From an uncultured virus (IMG/VR IMGVR_UViG_3300044724_003561) (taxonomy: Duplodnaviria > Heunggongvirae > Uroviricota > Caudoviricetes): a stretch of 20,000 nt of DNA. Numbering within the stretch: the first letter of the stretch is position 1; each line of letters opens with the position of its first letter. The translations under genes and the position numbers were made by a program. This document shows, piece by piece, positions 9,974 to 19,113 of this stretch. Under the pieces are notes generated by a model that did not search any database, was not told the origin of the DNA, and worked only from the letters and a program-made list of their open reading frames with translations. The stretch lies in IMG/VR virus record IMGVR_UViG_3300044724_003561; one strand, written 5' to 3'.

Positions 9974-10774
9974 ATGCCAATTAATCATTATTTCCAAGGT
10001 GGCAACGGAATCGGAAACGACTCTGAAAAAAAATTACACGAAGATTTAATTATAGAAGGCCTAAAGATATACGGCCTAGATAATTTTTACTTACCAAGAA
10101 CATTAGTCAACAAAGATTTAGTTTTAGGAGAAGATACTCTATCTAAATTTGACCAATCTTACATGATTGAGATGTACATGGAAACTGCTGAAGGTTTTGG
10201 TGGCGAACAAGAATTAGTATCTAAATTTGGTTTAGAAATTAGAGAAGATACAACATTTGTCATTGCAAAAAGAAGATGGCAAAATCAAGTTGATAATAAT
10301 GCAAATAGTATAGTAGATGGTAGACCTAACGAAGGTGATTTAATTTATGTGCCTTTGATGAATAGTTTTTTTGAGATACAATTCGTAGAAGATCAGGAAC
10401 CATTCTTTCAATTAGGTAACTTACCTGTCTATAAATTAAGAACAACTAGATTTGAATATTCTAGTGAGAAAATTGATACAGGCAGATCAGAAATTGATGT
10501 TGCTGAAGATAGATTATCTATAGATCAATTACAACATCAATTAACATTAGAAGATGGTGGTGGTATCATGTTAGAGGATTCTGATACTACATTAAACACT
10601 ATAAACTTCTTATTGGCAGAAACACACGAAGATATAAATCTTGCAACACAAACTAGAGATTACGCTGACAACGCCACGTACAACGCTGACGCTGGGTTTG
10701 ATACTGCTAGTACAGGTGATGATATACTAGACTTTACAGAAAGAAACCCTTTCGGAGAGGTTGATGAAACATAA
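9974..10774 (+). CDS. gp14: Neck protein gp14
   Basis: YLPRTLV..D.VLGED..SKF, SKFGLEIR, RPNEGDLIYVP, FEIQFVE...PFFQLG, C-terminal DFTERNPFGE; follows gp13. Confidence 0.93.
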   Translation: MPINHYFQGGNGIGNDSEKKLHEDLIIEGLKIYGLDNFYLPRTLVNKDLVLGEDTLSKFDQSYMIEMYMETAEGFGGEQELVSKFGLEIREDTTFVIAKRRWQNQVDNNANSIVDGRPNEGDLIYVPLMNSFFEIQFVEDQEPFFQLGNLPVYKLRTTRFEYSSEKIDTGRSEIDVAEDRLSIDQLQHQLTLEDGGGIMLEDSDTTLNTINFLLAETHEDINLATQTRDYADNATYNADAGFDTASTGDDILDFTERNPFGEVDET

Positions 10775-11532
10775 TGTTTGGAAAACAATTCTACCACGAA
10801 TCATTAAGAAAGATTGTTGTATCATTTGGTACAATATTCAATAACATTGTCATTGTAAGAAAAGATGGTGACGGTGGTACAATACAAAGATTAAAAGTAC
10901 CTCTATCGTATTCGCCTAAAGAAAAGTTTTTAACAAGATTAGAACAACAACCTAATTTAGATCAAAGAGAAATGGCAATGTCACTACCTCGTATGGGTTT
11001 TGAAATTGCTGGTTTGTCTTATGACTCATCTCGTAAGTTACAAAGAGTTGGTAAGTTTAAAAATGTAAATACTTCAGACGCAACTAAACAATATTATCAA
11101 TACAATCCTGTACCTTACAATTTGTCATTTAACTTATATTCATTTACAGCAACTGCTGAAGATGGTCTATGTATTATAGAACAAATACTACCATACTTTC
11201 AACCAGACTATACAGTTACAGTAAATGCAATACCAAGTATGGGTATAAAAAGAGATGTACCAATAACACTAAATAGTGTTGATTATCAGGATACATATGA
11301 TGGTTCATTTACACAAAGAAGAGCTGTAAACTATACATTAAACTTTACAGCAAAAACTTATCTATATGGCCCTATATATTCTAGTAAAGTTATTAAAACT
11401 GCTCAAACAGATTTATATAACGACACAGGCACTAGTGCAGAAAAAGAAGAAAGAATTGTTGTAGTTCCTAATCCGACAACTGCTGACGCTGATGATGATT
11501 TTGGATTTACAACAACTATAACGAATTATTAA
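10774..11532 (+). CDS. gp15: Tail sheath stabiliser / tail terminator gp15
   Basis: FYHESLRKIVVSFGTIFNNI, VPLSYSPKEKF, LPRMGFE, EQILPYFQP, FTAKTYLYGP; TAATG stop/start coupling with gp14. Confidence 0.93.
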   Translation: MFGKQFYHESLRKIVVSFGTIFNNIVIVRKDGDGGTIQRLKVPLSYSPKEKFLTRLEQQPNLDQREMAMSLPRMGFEIAGLSYDSSRKLQRVGKFKNVNTSDATKQYYQYNPVPYNLSFNLYSFTATAEDGLCIIEQILPYFQPDYTVTVNAIPSMGIKRDVPITLNSVDYQDTYDGSFTQRRAVNYTLNFTAKTYLYGPIYSSKVIKTAQTDLYNDTGTSAEKEERIVVVPNPTTADADDDFGFTTTITNY

Positions 11533-11534
11533 TT

Positions 11535-12008
11535 ATGACTATAGATGAAAAAATAAACGAGGCTCTTGGTATCTCTAACGAGAAAATACTAACTAAAGCT
11601 GTTGTCAAAAAAGAATATACACCTCCTGTACCTAGGTTAGAAGATAAAAATAAAGAAGATATTGATAACGACTATAAGTACAGTAGAGAAAATTATTACA
11701 ATCTTATAGAACGAGGACAAGACGCAATACAAGGTATACTTGATATTGCCAACGAAAGTCAACACCCTAGAGCATACGAAGTTGCAGGTAACTTAATTAA
11801 ACAAGTTGCTGATACAGTTGACAAATTACAAGACTTACAAGGCAAACTTAAAACACTTAAAGACGTACCTAATAAAACAAGTACAAATATTAAACAAGCA
11901 TTATTTGTAGGTTCTTCAGCAGAATTACATAAAATGTTAAAGAACAAAAATAAAGACGTGCAAAGTGAAGAAGATAAAGATTTTAAAAAGGTAAATCCTG
12001 ATGACTGA
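11535..12008 (+). CDS. gp16: Terminase small subunit gp16
   Basis: DYKYSRENYYNLIERGQDAI, HPRAYEVAGNLIK and ALFVGSSAEL motifs of T4-like small terminases; directly upstream of and overlapping gp17. Confidence 0.9.
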   Translation: MTIDEKINEALGISNEKILTKAVVKKEYTPPVPRLEDKNKEDIDNDYKYSRENYYNLIERGQDAIQGILDIANESQHPRAYEVAGNLIKQVADTVDKLQDLQGKLKTLKDVPNKTSTNIKQALFVGSSAELHKMLKNKNKDVQSEEDKDFKKVNPDD

Positions 12009-13632
12009 AGCATATCTAGGTAACCCTAACCTATATAAAGCAAATCTACAACAAAGTTACACCGAAGATCAAGTAAGAGAGATTGCAAAGTGCATGGATG
12101 ATCCTATACACTTTATAAAAACATATACTAGAATTGTAAATATTGATGAAGGTCTAGTACCTTTTAATATGTACGGGTTTCAGGAAAAAATGGTTAAGAC
12201 ATTCCATAATAATCGTTTTTCTATTTGTAAGTTACCAAGACAGTCAGGTAAATCAACTACTATTATTGCATATCTATTACATCAAGTAATCTTTAATGAT
12301 AATATTAATGTGGCCATACTTGCAAACAAAAGTTCTACTGCTAGAGATTTATTAGGTAGACTTCAACTTGCATATGAAAATCTACCTAAATGGTTACAAC
12401 AAGGTGTATTAAACTGGAACAAAGGTTCTTTAGAATTAGAAAACGGCAGTAAAATACTTGCAGCTGCAACATCTTCAAGTGCTATTCGAGGTGGTTCATT
12501 TAACATCATATTCCTTGATGAGTTTGCTTTTATACCTAATAATATATCTGAGCAATTTTTTAGTTCAGTTTATCCTACAATTTCTTCTGGTAAATCTTCT
12601 AAAGTTATGATTGTATCTACACCACATGGAATGAATATGTTTTACAAATTGTGGAATGACTCAATACATGGAAGAAACGATTATAAACCTATTGAAGTAC
12701 ATTGGTCAGAGGTACCTGGTAGAGATGATAAGTGGAAAGAAGAAACAATTAGAAACACAAGTGAGGCACAATTTGCTACAGAGTTTGAGTGTGAGTTTGT
12801 AGGATCAGTAGATACATTAATCAATCCATCTAAATTAAGAAACTTATCACACAATACACCATTAGTATCTAACGAAGGTTTAGATATGTACGAAAGAGCA
12901 GAAAAAGGTAAAGATTATGTTATGACAGTTGACGTAGCACGTGGTACTATAAGAGATTATTCTGCCTTTACTGTATTTGACGTAACACAAATGCCATATA
13001 AGTTGGTTGCAAAATTTAGAGATAACGAAATTAAACCTATATTGTTTCCTCATACTATTGAGAAAGTTGCAAGAGCATATAACAATGCTCATATATGTGT
13101 TGAGGTAAATGATCTAGGACATCAAATAGCAGACGCTTTACAGTTTGAATTAGAATACACAAACTTATTAATGTGTATGATGAAAGGTAGAGCAGGTCAG
13201 ATATTAGGTGGTGGTTTCAGTAAAAGAGGTACGCAATTAGGTGTACGTATGACTAAACAAGTAAAACGTATAGGTTGTTCTAACTTAAAAAGTTTACTTG
13301 AAGGCGATAAGATATTAATAAATGACTTTCATACAATACAAGAGCTATCAACATTTGTAAGACGTGGCAGTGGTTGGCAGGCTGAAGAAGGTTCTAATGA
13401 TGATTTAGTTATGTGTTGCGTTATATTTGCATGGATCACTAATCAAAGATATTTTAAAGAAATGACTGACCAAGATGTACGTGCTAGAATGTATGCTGAA
13501 CAACAAAACGCAATAGAACAAGACATGGCACCCTTTGGGTTTATGGACAATGGTCTGGAAGAAGAATATCAACAAGATGATAAGGGTGAAGTATGGCGCC
13601 CAGTTACCGTACGTAAAGGTGACATTTTATAA
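12001..13632 (+). CDS. gp17: Terminase large subunit gp17
   Basis: Walker A LPRQSGKST, Walker B IIFLDEFAF, coupling motif VSTPHG, RNase H-like nuclease motifs (TVDVARG..DYSAF; NDDLVM). Confidence 0.97.
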   Translation: MTEAYLGNPNLYKANLQQSYTEDQVREIAKCMDDPIHFIKTYTRIVNIDEGLVPFNMYGFQEKMVKTFHNNRFSICKLPRQSGKSTTIIAYLLHQVIFNDNINVAILANKSSTARDLLGRLQLAYENLPKWLQQGVLNWNKGSLELENGSKILAAATSSSAIRGGSFNIIFLDEFAFIPNNISEQFFSSVYPTISSGKSSKVMIVSTPHGMNMFYKLWNDSIHGRNDYKPIEVHWSEVPGRDDKWKEETIRNTSEAQFATEFECEFVGSVDTLINPSKLRNLSHNTPLVSNEGLDMYERAEKGKDYVMTVDVARGTIRDYSAFTVFDVTQMPYKLVAKFRDNEIKPILFPHTIEKVARAYNNAHICVEVNDLGHQIADALQFELEYTNLLMCMMKGRAGQILGGGFSKRGTQLGVRMTKQVKRIGCSNLKSLLEGDKILINDFHTIQELSTFVRRGSGWQAEEGSNDDLVMCCVIFAWITNQRYFKEMTDQDVRARMYAEQQNAIEQDMAPFGFMDNGLEEEYQQDDKGEVWRPVTVRKGDIL

Positions 13633-13635
13633 ATA
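13628..13635 (+). promoter_or_regulatory. T4-type late promoter TATAAATA
   Basis: Exact consensus overlapping the gp17 stop codon; upstream of gp18, which has a GAGGAG RBS. Confidence 0.85.
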
Positions 13636-13683
13636 TAAACGAGATTAATGATACCTATTAGCTAATAAGAGGAGAACAAACAT

Positions 13684-15609
13684 ATGGCATTTCAAGTTTC
13701 ACCAGGTGTTCTCGTACAAGAGAGGGATTTAACAAACGTAATCCCAGCAGTGGCAACTACGATCGGTGCCGTTGCAGGACAGTTCAATCAAGGACCTATG
13801 GACGAAGTTACGTCTATTAGTTCGGAGAAAGAATTAGTAGAAACGTTTGGAAAACCTGACTCTACAAACTTTGAATATTGGTTTAGTGCTGCAAGTTTCT
13901 TGCAATACTCATCAAGTTTAAGGGTAGTACGAGCTGCAAACACTTCAAGTGTTAACGCTGTTGTATCTGGATCAGCATTAAGAATTAAGAACACAGATCA
14001 TTATCAAAACGGTGACGGAAGTACAGGACCTTATAACGATGGTTCGGCTAACGTTGGTGAATGGGCTGCAAGAACAGCAGGCGCATGGGGTAATAACTTA
14101 AAAGTTTCAGTATGTCCGAGTGCAACGGCATATGAAACAGTAAATAAAACAACAACAAATGACGCTTCAACAGCAGTTGGAGATACATCTATCGTATTAA
14201 CTTCAGGAACTGATTTTAATGTAGGCGATATTGTAAACTTCGGCGAGTCAGGTGGACATGAATATAGAGTTACAGATGTTACAACAAACACTTTAACTTT
14301 TGTAAGACATCCATCAGGCACAGGCGGACTACACACAGCTGTTGCAAACGGTTCACAAGTAAGAAGAAGATGGCAATACTACGATCTAGTAAATAAAGCA
14401 CCAGGAACATCAACATACGCTTCTAATAGAAGTGGTGTAAATGACGAAATGCACATAGTAGTCGTTGATGAAGACGGTGGTATTACAGGTACTGCTGGTG
14501 AAGTTTTAGAAGTTTATGATTCAGTATCAAAAGGATCAGACGCTAAAACAGCACAAGGCGATACTAACTACTACGTTGACGTACTTTACAACCAATCAGA
14601 ATACATCTATTGGATGGATCACGTTGTGACAGGAACAAATTGGGGTAGTGCAGTTGCAGGAATAACATTTACTGCTCTGTCAGCACCTTTTGCTAGATCA
14701 CTTGAAAGTGGTTCAGACGGTTCAACAGTAAATACTGCTGAATTAAAAACTGCTTACGAAAAATACAATGACGCTGATACTGTAGATGTTAACTTAATCA
14801 TCGCTGGTAAAGGTGACGCTACACACATTGATAACTTAATTACAATCGCTGAAAACAGAAAAGACGCAATAGTATTTGTTTCTCCTGAAAGAACGGATGT
14901 AGTTAATGTTTCAAATAGTACTACTCAAACAACTAACGTAAAAAGTTTCTTTGACAGTATTAGATCATCATCATACGTTGTATTTGATAGTGGTTACAAA
15001 TATACATACGACAAATATAATGACGTATTCAGATATGTTCCTTTAAATGGTGACATTGCTGGATTAGCTGCAAGAACAGACTTAATCGCAGACTCATGGT
15101 TCTCACCTGCTGGTTTCAACAGAGGAGTAATTAGAGGTGCAGTTAAACTTGCTTACAATCCAACACAAGGACAAAGAGATGAATTGTACAGAGCGAGAAT
15201 TAACCCAGTTGTAACATTACCAGGACAAGGTACTTTATTGTTTGGTGATAAAACTGGATTATCAACGCCGAGTGCTTTTGATAGAATAAACGTAAGAAGA
15301 TTGTTTATTACTTTGGAGAAGGCAATATCAACAGCTTCTAAATTTCAACTATTTGAATTTAATGACGAGTTTACAAGAGCTCAATTTAGAAACATAGTTG
15401 AACCATTCCTAAGAGATGTACAAGGTAGAAGAGGTGTTACAGACTTTAGAGTAGTTTGTGATTCTTCTAATAACACTGCTAATGTCATTGATAGTAATGA
15501 GTTTAGAGCTGATATATTTGTTAAACCAAATAGATCAATCAACTTTATACAACTACAATTCGTTGCGACACGATCAGGCGCCGCATTTGAAGAAGTGGTA
15601 GGAGGATAA
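13684..15609 (+). CDS. gp18: Contractile tail sheath protein gp18
   Basis: N-terminal SPGVLVQERDLT, WFSPAGFNRG, LFGDKT, FDRINVRRLF, FEFNDEFTR, IFVKPNRSINFIQLQF. Confidence 0.97.
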   Translation: MAFQVSPGVLVQERDLTNVIPAVATTIGAVAGQFNQGPMDEVTSISSEKELVETFGKPDSTNFEYWFSAASFLQYSSSLRVVRAANTSSVNAVVSGSALRIKNTDHYQNGDGSTGPYNDGSANVGEWAARTAGAWGNNLKVSVCPSATAYETVNKTTTNDASTAVGDTSIVLTSGTDFNVGDIVNFGESGGHEYRVTDVTTNTLTFVRHPSGTGGLHTAVANGSQVRRRWQYYDLVNKAPGTSTYASNRSGVNDEMHIVVVDEDGGITGTAGEVLEVYDSVSKGSDAKTAQGDTNYYVDVLYNQSEYIYWMDHVVTGTNWGSAVAGITFTALSAPFARSLESGSDGSTVNTAELKTAYEKYNDADTVDVNLIIAGKGDATHIDNLITIAENRKDAIVFVSPERTDVVNVSNSTTQTTNVKSFFDSIRSSSYVVFDSGYKYTYDKYNDVFRYVPLNGDIAGLAARTDLIADSWFSPAGFNRGVIRGAVKLAYNPTQGQRDELYRARINPVVTLPGQGTLLFGDKTGLSTPSAFDRINVRRLFITLEKAISTASKFQLFEFNDEFTRAQFRNIVEPFLRDVQGRRGVTDFRVVCDSSNNTANVIDSNEFRADIFVKPNRSINFIQLQFVATRSGAAFEEVVGG

Positions 15610-15613
15610 ACAC

Positions 15614-16141
15614 ATGCCAAATATAAATGACTTTAAAGCTAAGTTAAGAGGCGGTGGAGCTCGTGCCAATCAGTTTAGAGTAACAATGCCTTTTCCTGGT
15701 TTTGCTGCTGTAGGTGGTGAAACAGAAACTATGAGTTTCTTAACTACATCTACATCTTTACCAGGAATGACTGTAACGGAAGTTGCAATACCATTTAGAG
15801 GTAGGGAGTTATATGTTGCAGGTGATAGAACATTTGCTACATGGACTACAACTATTCTAAATGATACTAACTTCTTAATACGTAACGCTTACGAAAGATG
15901 GTTAAACGGTATCAACAATATGTCAGATAACGAGGGGTTAGTAAATCCTGTTGATTATCAAGTTGACGCATTTGTAGATCAGTTAGACCGAAATGGTAAC
16001 GTGATTAAATCATACACATTCAGAGGAATGTTTCCAACAACTCTGGATGATATTGCTCTATCGTATAGCGATAACAACTCTGTAGAGAGTTTTACTGCTA
16101 CACATAGATACCAATACTTTGAAACAAATACTACTACTTAA
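15614..16141 (+). CDS. gp19: Tail tube protein gp19
   Basis: GGARANQFRV, PFRGRELYVAGDRTFATWTTT, QLDRNG, FPT; follows the sheath gene; GGAGG RBS. Confidence 0.95.
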   Translation: MPNINDFKAKLRGGGARANQFRVTMPFPGFAAVGGETETMSFLTTSTSLPGMTVTEVAIPFRGRELYVAGDRTFATWTTTILNDTNFLIRNAYERWLNGINNMSDNEGLVNPVDYQVDAFVDQLDRNGNVIKSYTFRGMFPTTLDDIALSYSDNNSVESFTATHRYQYFETNTTT

Positions 16142-16147
16142 TACCGT

Positions 16148-16155
16148 TATAAGTA
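16148..16155 (+). promoter_or_regulatory. Possible variant late promoter TATAAGTA
   Basis: One mismatch to TATAAATA, in the gp19-gp20 gap upstream of an AGGAG RBS. Confidence 0.5.
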
Positions 16156-16181
16156 TTAATAGTAATAGGAGAAATTAAATT

Positions 16182-17774
16182 ATGGCTGAACTGTTTGGGT
16201 TTAAGATAGAACGTTTAAAAGACGCTACAACCGATCCAAGACAAAATATAGTTCCACCTCAAGCGGAAGACGGTACACAAACCGTCCCCGCTGGTGGGTT
16301 TTTTGCGTCTTATGGCGGATTTGATGTAACGGCTAGAAACGAGCTAGACTTAATAAGAAGATATAGAGAAGTATCACTTCATCCCGAGTGTGACCTTGCA
16401 ATAGAGGATATCATATCTGAAGCAATCGTATCAAATGAAAATCAACAATCTGTACAATTAGATTTAAGTAAAATTGAGTACAGCGAATCTATCAAAAAGA
16501 AAATAAGAGAATCATTCCATGAAGTATTAAAGTTATTAAACTTTGATATAAAAGGCCACGACATCTTTAGAAGATGGTACGTAGATGGTAGATTATACTA
16601 TCATAAAATTATAGACAAAGATAGTCCTAGGCTAGGAATTACAGAATTAAGATATATAGACCCTCGGAAAATCAAAAAGATTAGAGAGGTTAGAAAGCAA
16701 AGAACAGATGGTATGCCTTCTTCATTTGCTTTTGAAAACAAATTCCAAGAATATTATATATTCAACGAAAGAGGAATACACCCGACTGCTACATCTAACG
16801 CAGGTGGGTTAAGAATAGCACCAGATGCTATTTCGTTTTGTCCGTCTGGTTTAATAGATCAACAGGCAAATCAAGTTTTATCTTATTTACACAAGGCAAT
16901 TAAACCTGTCAATCAATTGAGAATGATTGAAGACGCTGTTGTAATATACAGAATTGCTCGTGCACCAGAAAGAAGAATATTCTATATTGATGTAGGTAAC
17001 TTACCTAAAATTAAGGCTGAACAATATTTAAGAGATGTTATGGCTAGATATAGAAACAAACTTGTATATGACGCAAGTACAGGTGAAATTAAAGACGATA
17101 GAAATCAGATGAGTATGTTAGAAGACTTTTGGTTACCTCGTAGAGAAGGTGGGAGAGGAACTGAAATTACTACATTACCTGGTGGTCAAAACTTAGGTGA
17201 AATACAAGATATAGAATACTTCCAAAAGAAACTATATCGTTCTCTTAATATACCAATTAGTAGATTAGAAGGTGGTCAAGGATTTAATTTAGGTCGTGCA
17301 GCTGAAATTAGTAGAGATGAAGTTAAGTTTACTAAATTTGTAGGCAGATTACGTAAAAAATTCTGTATGCTTTTCCATGATCTATTGAAAACACAATTAA
17401 TTTTAAAAGGCGTTATTGCTCCAGAAGAATGGGACAGTATGCAAGGCGATATTACATATTCTTTCTTACAAGATGGTTACTTTGCTGAATTAAAACACAG
17501 CGAAATGATGAGAGAAAGAGTTATGCTCGCTCAACAACTAGAAGGGTATGTTGGTAAATATTTCTCTAACGAGTATATACGAACCAAGATATTAAAACAA
17601 AATGAAACAGAAATTGATGAAATTGATAAACAAATTGAAGAAGAAGGTTCTGAAGGGCAAGGCGAAGAAGTCGTCCCCACCATCACGCCTCGTAAAGAAG
17701 CGAATGGCAGTAAAGAAAAAGAACCAACATTAAAACCAAAAGAAGGAGAAAAAGATGTCGGAAGAAGTAATTAG
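16182..17774 (+). CDS. gp20: Portal protein gp20
   Basis: FRRWYVDGR, LHKAIKPVNQLRMIEDAVVIYRIARAPERRIFYIDVGNLPKIKAEQYL, MLEDFWLPRREGGRGTEITTLPGG. Confidence 0.98.
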   Translation: MAELFGFKIERLKDATTDPRQNIVPPQAEDGTQTVPAGGFFASYGGFDVTARNELDLIRRYREVSLHPECDLAIEDIISEAIVSNENQQSVQLDLSKIEYSESIKKKIRESFHEVLKLLNFDIKGHDIFRRWYVDGRLYYHKIIDKDSPRLGITELRYIDPRKIKKIREVRKQRTDGMPSSFAFENKFQEYYIFNERGIHPTATSNAGGLRIAPDAISFCPSGLIDQQANQVLSYLHKAIKPVNQLRMIEDAVVIYRIARAPERRIFYIDVGNLPKIKAEQYLRDVMARYRNKLVYDASTGEIKDDRNQMSMLEDFWLPRREGGRGTEITTLPGGQNLGEIQDIEYFQKKLYRSLNIPISRLEGGQGFNLGRAAEISRDEVKFTKFVGRLRKKFCMLFHDLLKTQLILKGVIAPEEWDSMQGDITYSFLQDGYFAELKHSEMMRERVMLAQQLEGYVGKYFSNEYIRTKILKQNETEIDEIDKQIEEEGSEGQGEEVVPTITPRKEANGSKEKEPTLKPKEGEKDVGRSN

Positions 17775-17913
17775 ATATGGTGCTGGTGGCGTTCCTTACG
17801 TAAAGAAAACAGAAGCACCTAAGGAAGAAGTTAAAGAAGAAGTAATATCTGAAATTTTAACAAAGAATCCTAACAAAGAAAAAAAATCTGAAACTACTAA
17901 AGAAAAGAAGTAA
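17755..17913 (+). CDS. Small Lys/Glu-rich hypothetical protein (52 aa), not in ORF track
   Basis: ATG 17755 with AGGAG at 17744-17748. Translates to MSEEVIRYGAGGVPYVKKTEAPKEEVKEEVISEILTKNPNKEKKSETTKEKK*. Fills the gp20-gp67 gap and overlaps gp20 by 20 nt. Confidence 0.75.
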   Translation: MSEEVIRYGAGGVPYVKKTEAPKEEVKEEVISEILTKNPNKEKKSETTKEKK

Positions 17914-17931
17914 TAGGAGATAAATAATATT

Positions 17932-18186
17932 ATGAGTAAAGAAAATTTAAACAAGTTTGTTAATTCACTACAACAAGGTGACGCTAAACAGGCAGGAGAT
18001 GACTTAAAAAATGCTCTTGCAGATAAAGTTAGTGCAGCCTTAGATGGTGCTAAAGTTGATGTGGCAAAGTCAGTATTTACAGGACAACAAGGCGCAGACG
18101 CTCCAGAAGCGAATGTGTTTAGTGGTAATGATATAAGTGCTGAAACTCCTGCACCAGAGGTAGCTAGTGATGAAGTGGCTCAGTAA
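17932..18186 (+). CDS. gp67: Prohead core protein, gp67-like
   Basis: Small helical protein downstream of the portal. The pattern FVNSLQQGDAKQA..DLKNALADKVSAALD..KVDVAKSVF plus an acidic tail resembles T4 gp67; AGGAG RBS. Confidence 0.7.
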   Translation: MSKENLNKFVNSLQQGDAKQAGDDLKNALADKVSAALDGAKVDVAKSVFTGQQGADAPEANVFSGNDISAETPAPEVASDEVAQ

Positions 18187-18424
18187 TTTTATCAAAGATA
18201 ATATAACTGAAGGCAACGATTATAAGCGTACTAGACAGTACAACAAACTCACGCCTAAAATGAAGCGTGCTGTAGATATGATATTCAGAGCTGCTGATAA
18301 AGACGCAGATGTAATATCTAATTTTGAAAAAAATGTCAATACAGCTGCGAAACAATTTGGTGTAAGTAAACAAGATTTGATGACGTATTTTGATAAAGAA
18401 ACGTTAACAATTTTAAGGAGATAG
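18170..18424 (+). CDS. Hypothetical basic helical protein (84 aa), possible internal head protein
   Basis: GAGGT at 18157-18161 favours ATG 18170 over GTG 18167. It has an N-terminal I-T-E motif like gp21 cleavage sites. Confidence 0.7.
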   Translation: MKWLSNFIKDNITEGNDYKRTRQYNKLTPKMKRAVDMIFRAADKDADVISNFEKNVNTAAKQFGVSKQDLMTYFDKETLTILRR

Positions 18425-18426
18425 AA

Positions 18427-18678
18427 ATGGGAACATTTATAATAAAAGGAACCGCTATTGCAGGTACATTGACTGATAATTCAATCGGCAATTCACCTTT
18501 TGTAAGAGTAGTTGCTACTGCTGGTACAAATACTATTACAGTAAAAGATGGCAGTACTACTTTAGGTACAACTTTATTACATTCTGCTGGCGATGAAATT
18601 ACGATAGAAAAACATCCTAAACATACAATTTCATCAAGTGCAGCTGTAAGTGCTACTGCTGTAGGCGTAGGACACTAA
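18427..18678 (+). CDS. Hypothetical small beta-rich protein (83 aa)
   Basis: AAGGAG RBS; tightly packed between neighbours in the head cluster. Confidence 0.75.
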   Translation: MGTFIIKGTAIAGTLTDNSIGNSPFVRVVATAGTNTITVKDGSTTLGTTLLHSAGDEITIEKHPKHTISSSAAVSATAVGVGH

Positions 18679-18679
18679 C

Positions 18680-19072
18680 ATGGCTGATACAGTATCTACA
18701 CAAACATTAACAGATACGACAGGCGTAAAGTTTGCCGTTAAGATGACTAACTTTTCTGACGGCACAGGTGAAACTTTAGTTAAAAAAGTTGACGCTAGCG
18801 AAACAACTTTTATGACTGAAGACGGTGATCGTAAAATATCAAAAATCTTTTATTCAATTAACACTGCTAATCCTAAATCAGCAGTTGAATTGATATGGGA
18901 TGGTACAGATAATGCAACGGCAGTTTTGTTGTCTGGTCAAGGTTTTTGGGACTTACGTGCCGATGGAAATGAGATAGGAAACAATGCAACAACACCTACA
19001 GGTGATGTTTTACTATCTACAAAAAATTTCGCAATTGGTGATAATTACACAATTTTAGTCGTTTTCAGATAG
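18680..19072 (+). CDS. Hypothetical beta-rich protein (130 aa), probable virion protein
   Basis: AGGA RBS, 1-nt gap after the previous stop, ends just before a late promoter. The function is inferred from position only. Confidence 0.75.
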   Translation: MADTVSTQTLTDTTGVKFAVKMTNFSDGTGETLVKKVDASETTFMTEDGDRKISKIFYSINTANPKSAVELIWDGTDNATAVLLSGQGFWDLRADGNEIGNNATTPTGDVLLSTKNFAIGDNYTILVVFR

Positions 19073-19079
19073 TTATTTG

Positions 19080-19087
19080 TATAAATA
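19080..19087 (+). promoter_or_regulatory. T4-type late promoter TATAAATA
   Basis: Exact consensus upstream of gp21. Confidence 0.85.
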
Positions 19088-19113
19088 ATAAAGAGAAATA
19101 GAGATAGATACAA

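Noticed and set aside
12001..17774. Introns, inteins or homing endonucleases in terminase, sheath or portal
   Set aside because: The ORFs are continuous, of normal length, and show no splicing or endonuclease motifs.
17919..17926. GATAAATA as a late promoter before gp67
   Set aside because: It mismatches at the first base, overlaps the RBS and is too close to the ATG to include that RBS in a transcript.
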